From IMG/VR virus record IMGVR_UViG_3300024520_000050, positions 64,001 through 128,000 of that record: a stretch of 64,000 bases of DNA. One strand, written 5' to 3'. The notes under the pieces are model-generated. The model saw only the letters and a list, made by a program, of their open reading frames with translations, did not search any database and had not been told where the DNA came from. Shown here in pieces: positions 18,210-28,019 of the stretch (position 1 is the stretch's first letter; the number at the start of each line of letters is the position of its first letter). This DNA comes from a virus. The translations under genes were made by a program, and so were the position numbers.

Positions 18210-21200
18210 ATGAAGTGTAAGATAATATATAAGAGAGATCCAAATACTCTTAAAATTACAGATGAAATACAAGCAGTGAAGGCTCCCAATGGTAAGAGGA
18301 GCCTTCTATATGATGCTATACGTAATCAAATAAATAATGATACTAAAGCATTAACTCAATACTTTAAGGTTTATACTGATGAGTTTAAAGAGGATTTTGG
18401 TGATTGGGAGATGACTACAATAGATAGAGATGAATCAATAAATGATATTAAAAATTCTTATAAATTAGTAATTGAAAATAATGATAAAATTGAAGATTTA
18501 AATATTGATATTGAAGATGCTATTCAATTTGATAAGAATAATATTAATAGTGTCACACAAAAAAGTAAAGATATTATTGAACAGGTTAATAAAATTAGAT
18601 GGCAGGTTAGAAGAGTTAGTGATGGACTTTTGCGTGAAGAGTGGGAACAATGGTCCCAATCTGCATACGACGAAGTTAAATCTGAACTGAGTACTGATTT
18701 TTTAAGCACCATTGACGAAGGTCCCATGAAAGGGAGTATTAGTCCGGGAAGTGCGAGCAATCTTTTAATATTTAGATATTTATATCCTAAAAATAAAGGC
18801 ATCACTACAGATCAAGAACTTTTTGTAGGTGCGTTTATACAGCAAATATTAGATTGGAATGTAGATGGAAATTCGTCCTTATTGAATAAACTTAATAAAG
18901 AGAATGAAGCACTAACTGATAGTTTGAATGATAACCTAAAAAGCATTATCATTAATCCAGAAGAATTAAATAATATTTCATCACTTATTACAAGTTCTGA
19001 TGAAAGTAATCAATCTCTTGGATTAGAGATTCTTAATAACTATGTAAATGACAAACTAGATCAAAACGGTGAACCTAAATATGATGAAGTAAAGGATTTA
19101 TTTATTGATGAAGAAGTTGATGAAGGAATTACTGTGAAGGAAGGTGTTGATGATGTATTTAAAGATAATAAAGAGTTATCTAAAATAGGTACACAAGAAG
19201 AATATAGTCAATATTTGGATAGTATATTTCCTGATAGTAAGGTTAAAGATATTGTTTATCATGGAACTGATAAGGAATTTGATAAATTTGAATTACAGAT
19301 TATACCAAAAACAGCGTGGACTAAAGAACTACCCGGATTTCATTTTACAAACAATAAAGCTGTCGCCAAAAGTTATTTTAACACAAAAGAAAGAGTTAGT
19401 AATTTAATACCATTGTATTTACATTTAAATAAATTTGCTGCCGATGGTAAACTTTTAACAGAACAAGAGTTTGATGATATTAAAGCAGATAATGATTTAC
19501 ATACTGAAATAATGCAACAAGTTCATTATTATGGTGGGATGGGAATTGATAATGTTAAAACTTATAATGAGTATAAAAGACTCTTTACAGAATTCTCTAA
19601 AGATGAAGGTTTTGATGGAATGACGAGCATAAGTGATATATTTGATCTTCAACAAGATGAGTATGAAGCTGAAAGAGAAGCTGAACATTTTGGTCGTCCT
19701 TTTACAAGTACCTTTAAAAATCCTCTTGATAAATATAAGAAGTCTGAACCTAAAGTATTAAAGTCAGTTATATTAAATATAGAAAATCCTTTACTTGTAA
19801 ATGATATATCAGGTCAAAGATATGTTCAAAATGTGGAAAATATAAAAAGTAAAATTGAATCTACTAATGATGGTATTATTGCAAAAGATGTACTCGACGC
19901 ATTAGAGGATAAAGAGGGTACTTATCATGGTGATACAATAGTTGCATTTGATAATGAGCAAATTCACATATTAGGTTCTAAAAAAGACATCCAAGGATTC
20001 AAAGATTATAAATCTAATATTGATCAAGATATTAGTCCAAAAATTATTTCTCCTTCTGATAAGATCATTTATGGTCATCCAGGTATAGGTAAAACTACAG
20101 CATTGAAAGCTAATAAAGATCAATTTATTGATTGGGATGTTGAGTTTAATAAGAAGAGAGATAAATGGATTGAGAATAAAAGTAAATCTAAAAAAGGTAC
20201 TCCTAGTTATAAAAAAGCAAGAACTAAATATCTTGTTAATTATAAAGACAATCCTGATTATATGACTTTTGTAACTAAAGAATGGGGTAGAGCAAAAGCA
20301 AAAGCTAAGAAAGAAGGTAAGCAATTATTTGCTTCACCTCATATATTACTTGATTTATTTCCTAATGACTTTGATAAAGTTATTAATATGAATGATGAGC
20401 TATTTATAAAAAGAGATATAGATAGAGGTGGAATTGAGCAAAGTGCACGATTATGGAAAGAAGGTATTAATAAAACATTATCAAAAATATCTCCATCTAA
20501 GATTGTAACTACAGATAAATATTTATCTGAGATATTAGCATCCGATGAGGTATCTAAAGTAGAAGATACTGATCAATATTCACTAACTTCATCATCTATA
20601 AAACACCAAGGTCAACCTACAACAGTATCTAAAACTGATACAGTTAAAATTGATACTGATCCATTTAAATCTCAATTAAATGATGATGGTTATACGCAAG
20701 AACAAATTAAGATATTAGATACTTATAACGCAGCTACATCATCACTTACTGGTAATACAATTAAAGTTAAAGTGTCTGAATTACCTGCTAACTTACGTAA
20801 AATATTTGAATTAAAAGGTGAAGAATATGCTGAAGTATATGAAACTATTGATCACGAAACAGGTAAGAAAGGATATATAAATTATCGTGTATCTAATTTA
20901 CAAGATTTAAAGAAAGTAAAAGGACAAACTCAAAAGGTAGCTACAGCACAAGAACAAAACCCTAAATCTGTAATATCTAGACAACGTGGTACAGAAATGC
21001 ATAGTATACAAGAGAAGTTCTTAAGTCATTTTGCATTATCTGATAATGATACTTTTAATATAGATACTCTTAGAAAATCTGATGCTAATATATGGGCTCC
21101 TGAAGCACTAGCTGAATTTAAAAAAACAGCTGAATATAGAAAGATATGGGAAGAATCAATAGATATATTCTTAACTAAGTCGAAATCAAATAGAGAAGGA

Positions 21201-24200
21201 AAAACCTGGTCTACACATAATGCATCATTACAAGTTGATAAATTAGCTATGTCTATGTTACATTTGTATCATCAAATACAAATGACTCAACAAGCTATTA
21301 ATCTTGAGACAGGTAAGAATAATAAACCTATATTTATATTAGAGAAACCATTCCTAGATTTAGGTAATGATGTTGCAGGAACAATGGATATTTTTGTAAT
21401 ATTCAGTGATGGTAGTGCATCTATTTATGATCATAAATTTACTGATTTACAAGCAGAAAGAAAATACTTCAAGAATCCATCTACAGAGAAGAAAGCTGAA
21501 ATAGATCGTATTAGAAAAGCACAAGGGCTTCCAGTTAATCCAGAAACTAATTGGTACTTTCAATTACCTAATAATCTTAAATTATTTAAGAAAGAAGAAT
21601 CATGGAATGCTCAGATAGGACGTTATGCTCAAATGGCAAAACAATTGTACGGAGTTACACATATTAGACAAGCACGGATTTTACCTGTAGCTACAACTTA
21701 TACAAGAGTGGATAGTAAACGTGAGGATAAGAATGGTGATACTATTATGCATGTTGGTCCTGGATCACAAGTAGAAGTATTATTAACTGGTATTAATGAT
21801 GATTTAGGAGTAAGTCAAATAGCATTGAATATAGAACGTACAGGCGATGTAAATCTTGATAGATTTATTGATATGCTTATTAAGAATAAAGAAACTCTTA
21901 AAAGAGAGATGAAAAGTAAGAATGCATATGGAGATCCTAAATATGTTAATCGTATTAAAGGATTAGATGAATCTATTCAGGCATTATTGAAGAGTAGAGA
22001 TATTACACATATATCTGAAGCAATTGATGCATTGGCTAAACAAATTGAAAATGATTTAGATCCAAATGCAGAAGATCCTATTACATTTGAACAAATCATA
22101 CTTCATCTAGGTGACATTAATATGTTTAATACATTTATTGAATTGTCAGGTAATGAGATTGATAAACTTGAAGATAAAGCTAATAAGGAAGCTGAGGAAG
22201 CTAAAGAAAGAGGAGAAGAACCTAAAGAAAATCCTTATGTTACATTTAAAAATAGATTATCTGCTGCTAATTTTGCTTTGACTAATCAAGCTAGAAGGAT
22301 GCATGATAAGATGACACTTATGGTAGAAGAGATAAATGAAAAAGGTGGTTATATGAATGAAGGATTATTTAAATCATTTACCAAGCAGAAGGATATGAGT
22401 GGCGTGGGTGTACAATTTACTCATTTACGTGAGTCTAATCATCCCATTATATCTTTATTTAGTCAATTACTTGATAACATTGAAACTAATGTTATGTTAG
22501 AACGTAGTAAATTAGAACAAAAGTTAAAGAAAATAAATAAAGAATTAACTGAATGGGGTAGTTCAAAGGGATTAACTGGACCTGCTATATATAATGATAT
22601 AATTGATGATGAGTTTGGTAATTTAATTCGTAAGTTTACTAATTTTAAAAAAGATTTATTTGAAGATTATTCTGATCCTAAAAATCATAAGAAGAACATT
22701 GTATGGTTCAAAGAAAACTTTGAGCGTTCTGCTTCGGCTGAGAAGATATTCCAGAACAAATACAAACAAATACAAGAATATTGGAAAAGAGAAACCAAGG
22801 GTGATAAAAACGAATATAAGAAAGAAATACAAAACTGGTTGAATCAAAATGATATCACTCATGCACAAGGTGATAATAAAGCCTGGTATAATCCATTTGT
22901 GCAGCACTGGTTGACTCCAAAGAAACCAGACGACTATTATACTGATGAGTATAAGAACTTGCTTAAAGCGGAGAATAAACCGCTATTAGATTTCTATAAT
23001 ATTTACATTGAGCAAATGAATATGTTAGCTCAAAAAGCTGATTTTAGGATATATGAAAATGCTATTCCTAATATTAGAAAGGATATGATCGACACAATGG
23101 TTCAAGATGGAATGTTTTTAGGTGGCAAACAACAAATTGAAAATATAAGAAATTGGTGGTCTAAGACTGATACTGATGATGGGATGCAAACTATACTTAC
23201 TGAAGATGGATTAGAACGTAGTGTTCCTATTTTCTATCAAAATAATGTAGGTAAAGATAACAAGTCATTTGACTTAGCTAAATCATTAATGTTGTTCTCT
23301 GACTTTGTACATAAGTATGATGGTATTAAAAATATTGAACATGCATCATTAGCGATGAGAGAATTAGTTAGTAAAACAGCAGGTATTAAATCAACTATAA
23401 CAGGGGCTATATTGCGTAGTGAATCTGGAGAGATGTTAGTTAAAGATGGTGCTAGTGCAAGTAATGATAAAACACTTAGTGCATTTGACACGTGGATTGA
23501 TTACTATATTTATGGTGAGAGGAAAAAAGGAAATGTTAAATTGAATAAAGCTGTTGATGCTGTAACTGCAATATCTAGTAGAAAAGGAGTTGCACTTAAT
23601 CTTATTAGTGCAATGGGAGGACATGTAAATGCTGAAGCACAACTTCAAATGATAGCTAAAAAGACTACTTATTTTACAACTGACACTCTTAGTAAAGCTA
23701 GACGTCAAGTTAAATTAGGTATTCCTGCTTTACGTAAATCAAAAGAAGCTAACGAAATGTTACATAGTAAAGTTGTTTTTGCTAATTTATTCTTTGAACC
23801 ATCTCAAGAAGATATGAGTCATGAGAAAGCAAATAGCATGAGCTTATCTAAATTACGTAATAATTCATTAATGGGTAAAAAAGATTATGCTTACATGCTA
23901 CAACGTTATTCTGATGATATTATAGATAATACAACCATGACAGCTATGATGATGGATTATGGGATTGATCCTATTACAGGTAAGACATATCCTTTATCTA
24001 GATTGAAAAAGGTGTATGGAGAAAATGAAAGTGAATTTAAACCTGGAGTAAGATATAAAGATATTGAATTTAAATCATTATGGGATATGACTATGATGAA
24101 AGATGGAGATGTAGATCTTGGTACTGGTAAAACGGTAAGTATTAAACTTGCTGAAGATGGTACTCCGCAAATGATAAATCAATTTACAGAAAAAGCTATT

Positions 24201-25181
24201 GATAGTAAAACATTCACTGATTTTAGACGTAAGACTAAACAAATGATAGCTCGTACTAAAGGTAATATGTCAGCGGATGATATTGCTGGTTATAAAACTC
24301 ATTGGATTGGCAGGTTAGTAATGCAATTCCGTGGTTGGATTCCTGCTACATTGACGGAACGATTTAAAGGATTACAATATAATTTAACTATGGAACAAAT
24401 GGAAGTAGGTAGATTTGTTGCTGTTAGGAATATGGTTGGTAAAAACCTCAAACGTGTAACAGGACAATTTGTAAAAGAATTACTTCCTTTCATGAGAGGT
24501 AATTTTGGGGATGGAAAAGTGATGAGTGATGTCTTAGATGAACAATCTCCATTGGAGTTAAAATACAAGCAATTTATAGCCGATAATCCACACCTTAAGC
24601 CTGATCCTGAAAACCCTACATTAGATCAAGTAACATATGAGGATTTCTTTAATAGTCATGTTGGTGAAATGAGAGCATTAGCTAAAGAAGTGCAGATATA
24701 CTTAGCATTAGCTGTAGCATTAGGTTTACTAACTCTTGCATCAGGAGATGATGAATTGAAAGCTAATCCGTTACTCCGAGGTCCATCTGCTTTATTAGAA
24801 AGAGCAATGTTAGAGATTGGATTTTTTATTCCTGTTGCTGGGATACCTGAACAGATGACATTATTTACAAGAGCTCCTGCAGCATCAATAAGTTTATTCC
24901 AAGCTGCAGGTTATACTGCAAAGAATACATTCACTGAAGCATATGATTTATTTACTGGTGCTGGTTCTGGAAAAACATCAGTACCTACATTAGGAGATAA
25001 ACCTTGGACGTTAGATTATTCTAAACGTAATGATACATCTGCTCCATTTAAACATACAATTGGGTGGATACCACCACTTAAATTTATAGATAATATTATT
25101 GGATTTACTAATACTACTAAACGTGAAGACACTTGGTATGAGTATTTCCAGAATAGAAACAATGCTGATATTATGAGGTAA
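18210..25181 (+). CDS. Large polyvalent virion protein: ART-PolyVal-like, P-loop, PD-(D/E)XK and helical C-terminal regions
   Basis: 2323 aa; APNGK...FKEDFGDWE; IVYHGT...GFHFT...LNIENP...VAFDNEQI; GHPGIGKT; GTEMH...AGTMD...YDHKF...QIGRY; C-terminal VMQFRGWIP...ERF. Confidence 0.65.
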   Translation: MKCKIIYKRDPNTLKITDEIQAVKAPNGKRSLLYDAIRNQINNDTKALTQYFKVYTDEFKEDFGDWEMTTIDRDESINDIKNSYKLVIENNDKIEDLNIDIEDAIQFDKNNINSVTQKSKDIIEQVNKIRWQVRRVSDGLLREEWEQWSQSAYDEVKSELSTDFLSTIDEGPMKGSISPGSASNLLIFRYLYPKNKGITTDQELFVGAFIQQILDWNVDGNSSLLNKLNKENEALTDSLNDNLKSIIINPEELNNISSLITSSDESNQSLGLEILNNYVNDKLDQNGEPKYDEVKDLFIDEEVDEGITVKEGVDDVFKDNKELSKIGTQEEYSQYLDSIFPDSKVKDIVYHGTDKEFDKFELQIIPKTAWTKELPGFHFTNNKAVAKSYFNTKERVSNLIPLYLHLNKFAADGKLLTEQEFDDIKADNDLHTEIMQQVHYYGGMGIDNVKTYNEYKRLFTEFSKDEGFDGMTSISDIFDLQQDEYEAEREAEHFGRPFTSTFKNPLDKYKKSEPKVLKSVILNIENPLLVNDISGQRYVQNVENIKSKIESTNDGIIAKDVLDALEDKEGTYHGDTIVAFDNEQIHILGSKKDIQGFKDYKSNIDQDISPKIISPSDKIIYGHPGIGKTTALKANKDQFIDWDVEFNKKRDKWIENKSKSKKGTPSYKKARTKYLVNYKDNPDYMTFVTKEWGRAKAKAKKEGKQLFASPHILLDLFPNDFDKVINMNDELFIKRDIDRGGIEQSARLWKEGINKTLSKISPSKIVTTDKYLSEILASDEVSKVEDTDQYSLTSSSIKHQGQPTTVSKTDTVKIDTDPFKSQLNDDGYTQEQIKILDTYNAATSSLTGNTIKVKVSELPANLRKIFELKGEEYAEVYETIDHETGKKGYINYRVSNLQDLKKVKGQTQKVATAQEQNPKSVISRQRGTEMHSIQEKFLSHFALSDNDTFNIDTLRKSDANIWAPEALAEFKKTAEYRKIWEESIDIFLTKSKSNREGKTWSTHNASLQVDKLAMSMLHLYHQIQMTQQAINLETGKNNKPIFILEKPFLDLGNDVAGTMDIFVIFSDGSASIYDHKFTDLQAERKYFKNPSTEKKAEIDRIRKAQGLPVNPETNWYFQLPNNLKLFKKEESWNAQIGRYAQMAKQLYGVTHIRQARILPVATTYTRVDSKREDKNGDTIMHVGPGSQVEVLLTGINDDLGVSQIALNIERTGDVNLDRFIDMLIKNKETLKREMKSKNAYGDPKYVNRIKGLDESIQALLKSRDITHISEAIDALAKQIENDLDPNAEDPITFEQIILHLGDINMFNTFIELSGNEIDKLEDKANKEAEEAKERGEEPKENPYVTFKNRLSAANFALTNQARRMHDKMTLMVEEINEKGGYMNEGLFKSFTKQKDMSGVGVQFTHLRESNHPIISLFSQLLDNIETNVMLERSKLEQKLKKINKELTEWGSSKGLTGPAIYNDIIDDEFGNLIRKFTNFKKDLFEDYSDPKNHKKNIVWFKENFERSASAEKIFQNKYKQIQEYWKRETKGDKNEYKKEIQNWLNQNDITHAQGDNKAWYNPFVQHWLTPKKPDDYYTDEYKNLLKAENKPLLDFYNIYIEQMNMLAQKADFRIYENAIPNIRKDMIDTMVQDGMFLGGKQQIENIRNWWSKTDTDDGMQTILTEDGLERSVPIFYQNNVGKDNKSFDLAKSLMLFSDFVHKYDGIKNIEHASLAMRELVSKTAGIKSTITGAILRSESGEMLVKDGASASNDKTLSAFDTWIDYYIYGERKKGNVKLNKAVDAVTAISSRKGVALNLISAMGGHVNAEAQLQMIAKKTTYFTTDTLSKARRQVKLGIPALRKSKEANEMLHSKVVFANLFFEPSQEDMSHEKANSMSLSKLRNNSLMGKKDYAYMLQRYSDDIIDNTTMTAMMMDYGIDPITGKTYPLSRLKKVYGENESEFKPGVRYKDIEFKSLWDMTMMKDGDVDLGTGKTVSIKLAEDGTPQMINQFTEKAIDSKTFTDFRRKTKQMIARTKGNMSADDIAGYKTHWIGRLVMQFRGWIPATLTERFKGLQYNLTMEQMEVGRFVAVRNMVGKNLKRVTGQFVKELLPFMRGNFGDGKVMSDVLDEQSPLELKYKQFIADNPHLKPDPENPTLDQVTYEDFFNSHVGEMRALAKEVQIYLALAVALGLLTLASGDDELKANPLLRGPSALLERAMLEIGFFIPVAGIPEQMTLFTRAPAASISLFQAAGYTAKNTFTEAYDLFTGAGSGKTSVPTLGDKPWTLDYSKRNDTSAPFKHTIGWIPPLKFIDNIIGFTNTTKREDTWYEYFQNRNNADIMR

Positions 25182-25196
25182 TACCTGCGAAGGTCT

Positions 25197-25235
25197 AAAA
25201 AAAAGGAGTAGAACAATTAAGTTTTACTCCTTTTT
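25197..25235. terminator. Bidirectional intrinsic terminator at the convergence of the two halves
   Basis: A8-GGAGTAGAAC-AATTAA-GTTTTACTCC-T5, lying between converging stop codons at 25181 and 25239. Confidence 0.85.
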
Positions 25236-25238
25236 ATA

Positions 25239-25568
25239 TTAAAGTGCTTCGTAAGCTTTAATCATCGAATCAAATATTCGATATTGGCTTCCGTTTATCT
25301 CTTTAATTATATAAGATGTTTTGTGACAATTGTAACCATCTTCCCCATACCATTCTTCCTCACCTGTCAGTTCTTCTAACCATTCTCTAGATTCCATAGT
25401 TTCGGTTTCTTCATTCCAATTATCCCAAAACTTTTCAAATAATTCAACACCTTTTTTCTCATCATTCCATTTAGCATCATTACTAACGTATTTTATAACT
25501 CCTCCATAATCTTGTGAACCATGAGGATCATAATAATATGTATATTCTGTTATCAAATAGTACTTCAT
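25239..25568 (-). CDS. Small acidic hypothetical protein
   Basis: 109-aa ORF, 4-nt overlap with the upstream gene; about 22% D+E, rich in W and Y. Confidence 0.6.
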   Translation of the reverse strand: MKYYLITEYTYYYDPHGSQDYGGVIKYVSNDAKWNDEKKGVELFEKFWDNWNEETETMESREWLEELTGEEEWYGEDGYNCHKTSYIIKEINGSQYRIFDSMIKAYEAL

Positions 25569-26419
25569 ATCAATTCAGATAATTGCATTGCCCGAATCAT
25601 TCGTGTTATTCCAATTCCTCCCCCACATCTAGGAAAGAAATTATGTTTTAAGAATTCTTCTAATTCAGCTTCAACTCGTTCTTTACCAAATAAATCAAAT
25701 AGACGTTGACAATAAGCACCATCTTCAATACTATAGAATGTATCACGCATCTCTTTTGGATTACAACTTCTTTCAGCTGAACCAATAGTTTCCTGCCCAT
25801 GTAGAATAACATCTACCTTCTCAGATATTGAAGCATCTTCTTCATTGCGTTTCATATTCCAAAAAGGACTTGTATATTCTGGAAAGTCTGTAATGAATAC
25901 AACATCTTTATCTTTGCACATTTCTTCTTCATGACCATGAGTAAGCTCTTCAACTCCATACATATCAGCAAAGAATTTATAAGTTTGTTTATTTTTTGGT
26001 TGTTGTAAAAATCCTAAATAATCAAGTAATTCTTTTTCAAGTTTTACTAGCTCGTCAACTCCACCAGGTAATTCAAATTCAAACATTGGAAAAATCATAC
26101 AATGACGTCCAGCTACGGGATCCGGTTCATTTCTATATGAAGTAGATACACAAAAGTAGCCAGGTACATCAGGTTTAGTTAATAATTCATGTTCTAACCA
26201 CATTTGTCCAGTTTGCGGCAAAGGCCATACTTCTCCCAAATATTCATAGGTTGCAATTGTAGTTGGATCTTCACATGCAGCCATTATACTTAGTCTATTT
26301 TGAGTATGTACTTCTAAGAATCCTTTATCTAAAAAGAATTGTCTCATACTATTAACGCACTCTGTAAATTGCTCTGGATCTATGATTGGACATAGTTCAT
26401 TTCTTTCTTCTTTTAACAT
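25565..26419 (-). CDS. Class II aaRS (Asp/Asn/Lys-type) catalytic-core-only protein; asparagine synthetase A-like or EpmA-like
   Basis: Motif 1 FLEVHT, PQTGQMWLE, motif 2 YRNEP...RH..FPMFEFE, ETIGSAER, motif 3 GGGIGITR; 284 aa with no N-terminal anticodon-binding domain. Confidence 0.8.
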   Translation of the reverse strand: MLKEERNELCPIIDPEQFTECVNSMRQFFLDKGFLEVHTQNRLSIMAACEDPTTIATYEYLGEVWPLPQTGQMWLEHELLTKPDVPGYFCVSTSYRNEPDPVAGRHCMIFPMFEFELPGGVDELVKLEKELLDYLGFLQQPKNKQTYKFFADMYGVEELTHGHEEEMCKDKDVVFITDFPEYTSPFWNMKRNEEDASISEKVDVILHGQETIGSAERSCNPKEMRDTFYSIEDGAYCQRLFDLFGKERVEAELEEFLKHNFFPRCGGGIGITRMIRAMQLSELI

Positions 26420-26499
26420 TATAATTTGTAATTAATATTATACATTATTGATTTTGGATATAGATACGACATTTAATTTAATGTAGTGCATCTATTAAT

Positions 26500-26991
26500 T
26501 TATTCTTCATCATATTCTTCAAATGAATTCCAAGCATGACAATATCCTGACCAGTTATCAACTCCTGAATTCTCCAAACATTCTAACCAATCTAAACGTT
26601 TTTTCATGGAATCATATTCGTCTTTGGGAATAGAAATCATCTCTTTCTTTTGTTCTGGAGCAGGGTTATAATACATCTCTACATCATCCCAACCACATAC
26701 TAAATTATGTCTATCATATCCTTTATAGTATTCTTTAGTTTCTGGATTAGTTATAGTAATATAATTATCTACATTTTGACTATCGTTATCATAATAACCA
26801 TCTGTTTCAAATTCTATAATCCATTCTTCTAATCCTTTCAACATTGATATATCAAACTCCTTAAAGTCTTCATCTTCTGGATCCCATGCGTTATAATCCT
26901 CAAATAATTCTTTAATAATTATAGGTTCGCATTGGGCTAAATAATTAGATATGGTATACTGATCTAATATAAATTTATCTTTTAATTTCAT
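26500..26991 (-). CDS. Acidic phage hypothetical protein
   Basis: 163 aa, about 25% D+E; C-terminal LECLENSGVDNWSGY motif of a kind common in small phage proteins. Confidence 0.65.
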   Translation of the reverse strand: MKLKDKFILDQYTISNYLAQCEPIIIKELFEDYNAWDPEDEDFKEFDISMLKGLEEWIIEFETDGYYDNDSQNVDNYITITNPETKEYYKGYDRHNLVCGWDDVEMYYNPAPEQKKEMISIPKDEYDSMKKRLDWLECLENSGVDNWSGYCHAWNSFEEYDEE

Positions 26992-27296
26992 TCTTCCTCG
27001 TTTTCTGCTCTTATCTGCTCATTCCATTCATAACGATCAACTGGATTAACCCCACTTTCTAGATTAAGATCTTCAATAATTTTAATTGCTGCTAGATCAT
27101 CTGATACTTCCCAAAGTACTGTATCGTCCATAATGACACTAACATCACTATGCTTTCCTAGTACTTCACCAAAATGAATTTCAATCCCATTTTTTAATAA
27201 GTATTCAACTTCACTTTTATATGCAGTGAACAATCCTTCTAGATCACCACTACGGTAAGTTTCATAATGAAACTTATAAACTGCTCTCGTATTCAT
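26988..27296 (-). CDS. Phage hypothetical protein
   Basis: 102 aa; GDLEGLF...FGEVLGKHS motif typical of a phage hypothetical family; coupled to its neighbours. Confidence 0.65.
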   Translation of the reverse strand: MNTRAVYKFHYETYRSGDLEGLFTAYKSEVEYLLKNGIEIHFGEVLGKHSDVSVIMDDTVLWEVSDDLAAIKIIEDLNLESGVNPVDRYEWNEQIRAENEEE

Positions 27297-27924
27297 TAAT
27301 TATTCTTTTCATTTCCCAAATCTTCGTTTTGATACTTTCTACGTTTTCAATTGTATTTATTACTTTGTCATTGAATAGTTCTGCTTCTGTAGATGGCAAG
27401 GGGTCTGGTTCTTTTACAAAGTCTATTCCACCATAAAAATGAACTCCTGAAACAGCAGTGTAATAATTATCACCTTCTCCTGTCCCCATATAATCACCAT
27501 CTTCATTATAAAGACTGCACTTAAAGTCTGTCATAGCTCCTTTACCTCCATCATATGTACCATCATCTGTATGAGTCTCTAATGACCATCCTGTTAGATA
27601 ATCTTGTCCACGACCACGATCAACAGCTTCTAATTCACTTATCGATAAACTTATTCCATAAGGCCAATCATATGGTTCAAAATCCATACCTTCTAAGAAA
27701 GTATATTTACCTTTACTCATTTCTTCTGTTACTGGTAACTTATCTTCACTTTGCAAGTAGGGTGTATCATTTCCATCATCGTAATGTAATATAATATGCC
27801 CACGACTATCATGATCGAGCCACACAAGATACTCACCTGCTTTAGTTGTTGATTCTTCTCCTTCCCAAGATGCCCGTTGACATTCCTGTAATTCTTCTTT
27901 TGTTAAATGTATTGCCATTTGCAT
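27274..27924 (-). CDS. Acidic hypothetical protein
   Basis: 216-aa ORF with an A-rich leader; first gene after the hairpin at 27961. Confidence 0.6.
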   Translation of the reverse strand: MQMAIHLTKEELQECQRASWEGEESTTKAGEYLVWLDHDSRGHIILHYDDGNDTPYLQSEDKLPVTEEMSKGKYTFLEGMDFEPYDWPYGISLSISELEAVDRGRGQDYLTGWSLETHTDDGTYDGGKGAMTDFKCSLYNEDGDYMGTGEGDNYYTAVSGVHFYGGIDFVKEPDPLPSTEAELFNDKVINTIENVESIKTKIWEMKRIINEYESSL

Positions 27925-27956
27925 ATACTTTTTGTATTCATTATATTAGTTAAATT

Positions 27957-27990
27957 AAAAAAGGTCCCACAAAATTAATTGTGAGACCTT
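27957..27990 (-). terminator. Intrinsic terminator after the RNAP gene
   Basis: On the - strand: AAGGTCTCACAA-TTAATT-TTGTGGGACCTT followed by TTTT. The single mismatch is a G-U pair only on the - strand. Confidence 0.8.
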
Positions 27991-28019
27991 ACTATTTTTA
28001 AACCACTTAAAAATATATA

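Noticed and set aside
26455-26496. Imperfect hairpin upstream of the aaRS-like gene
   Set aside because: Weak AT-rich stem with an internal loop and no U tract.
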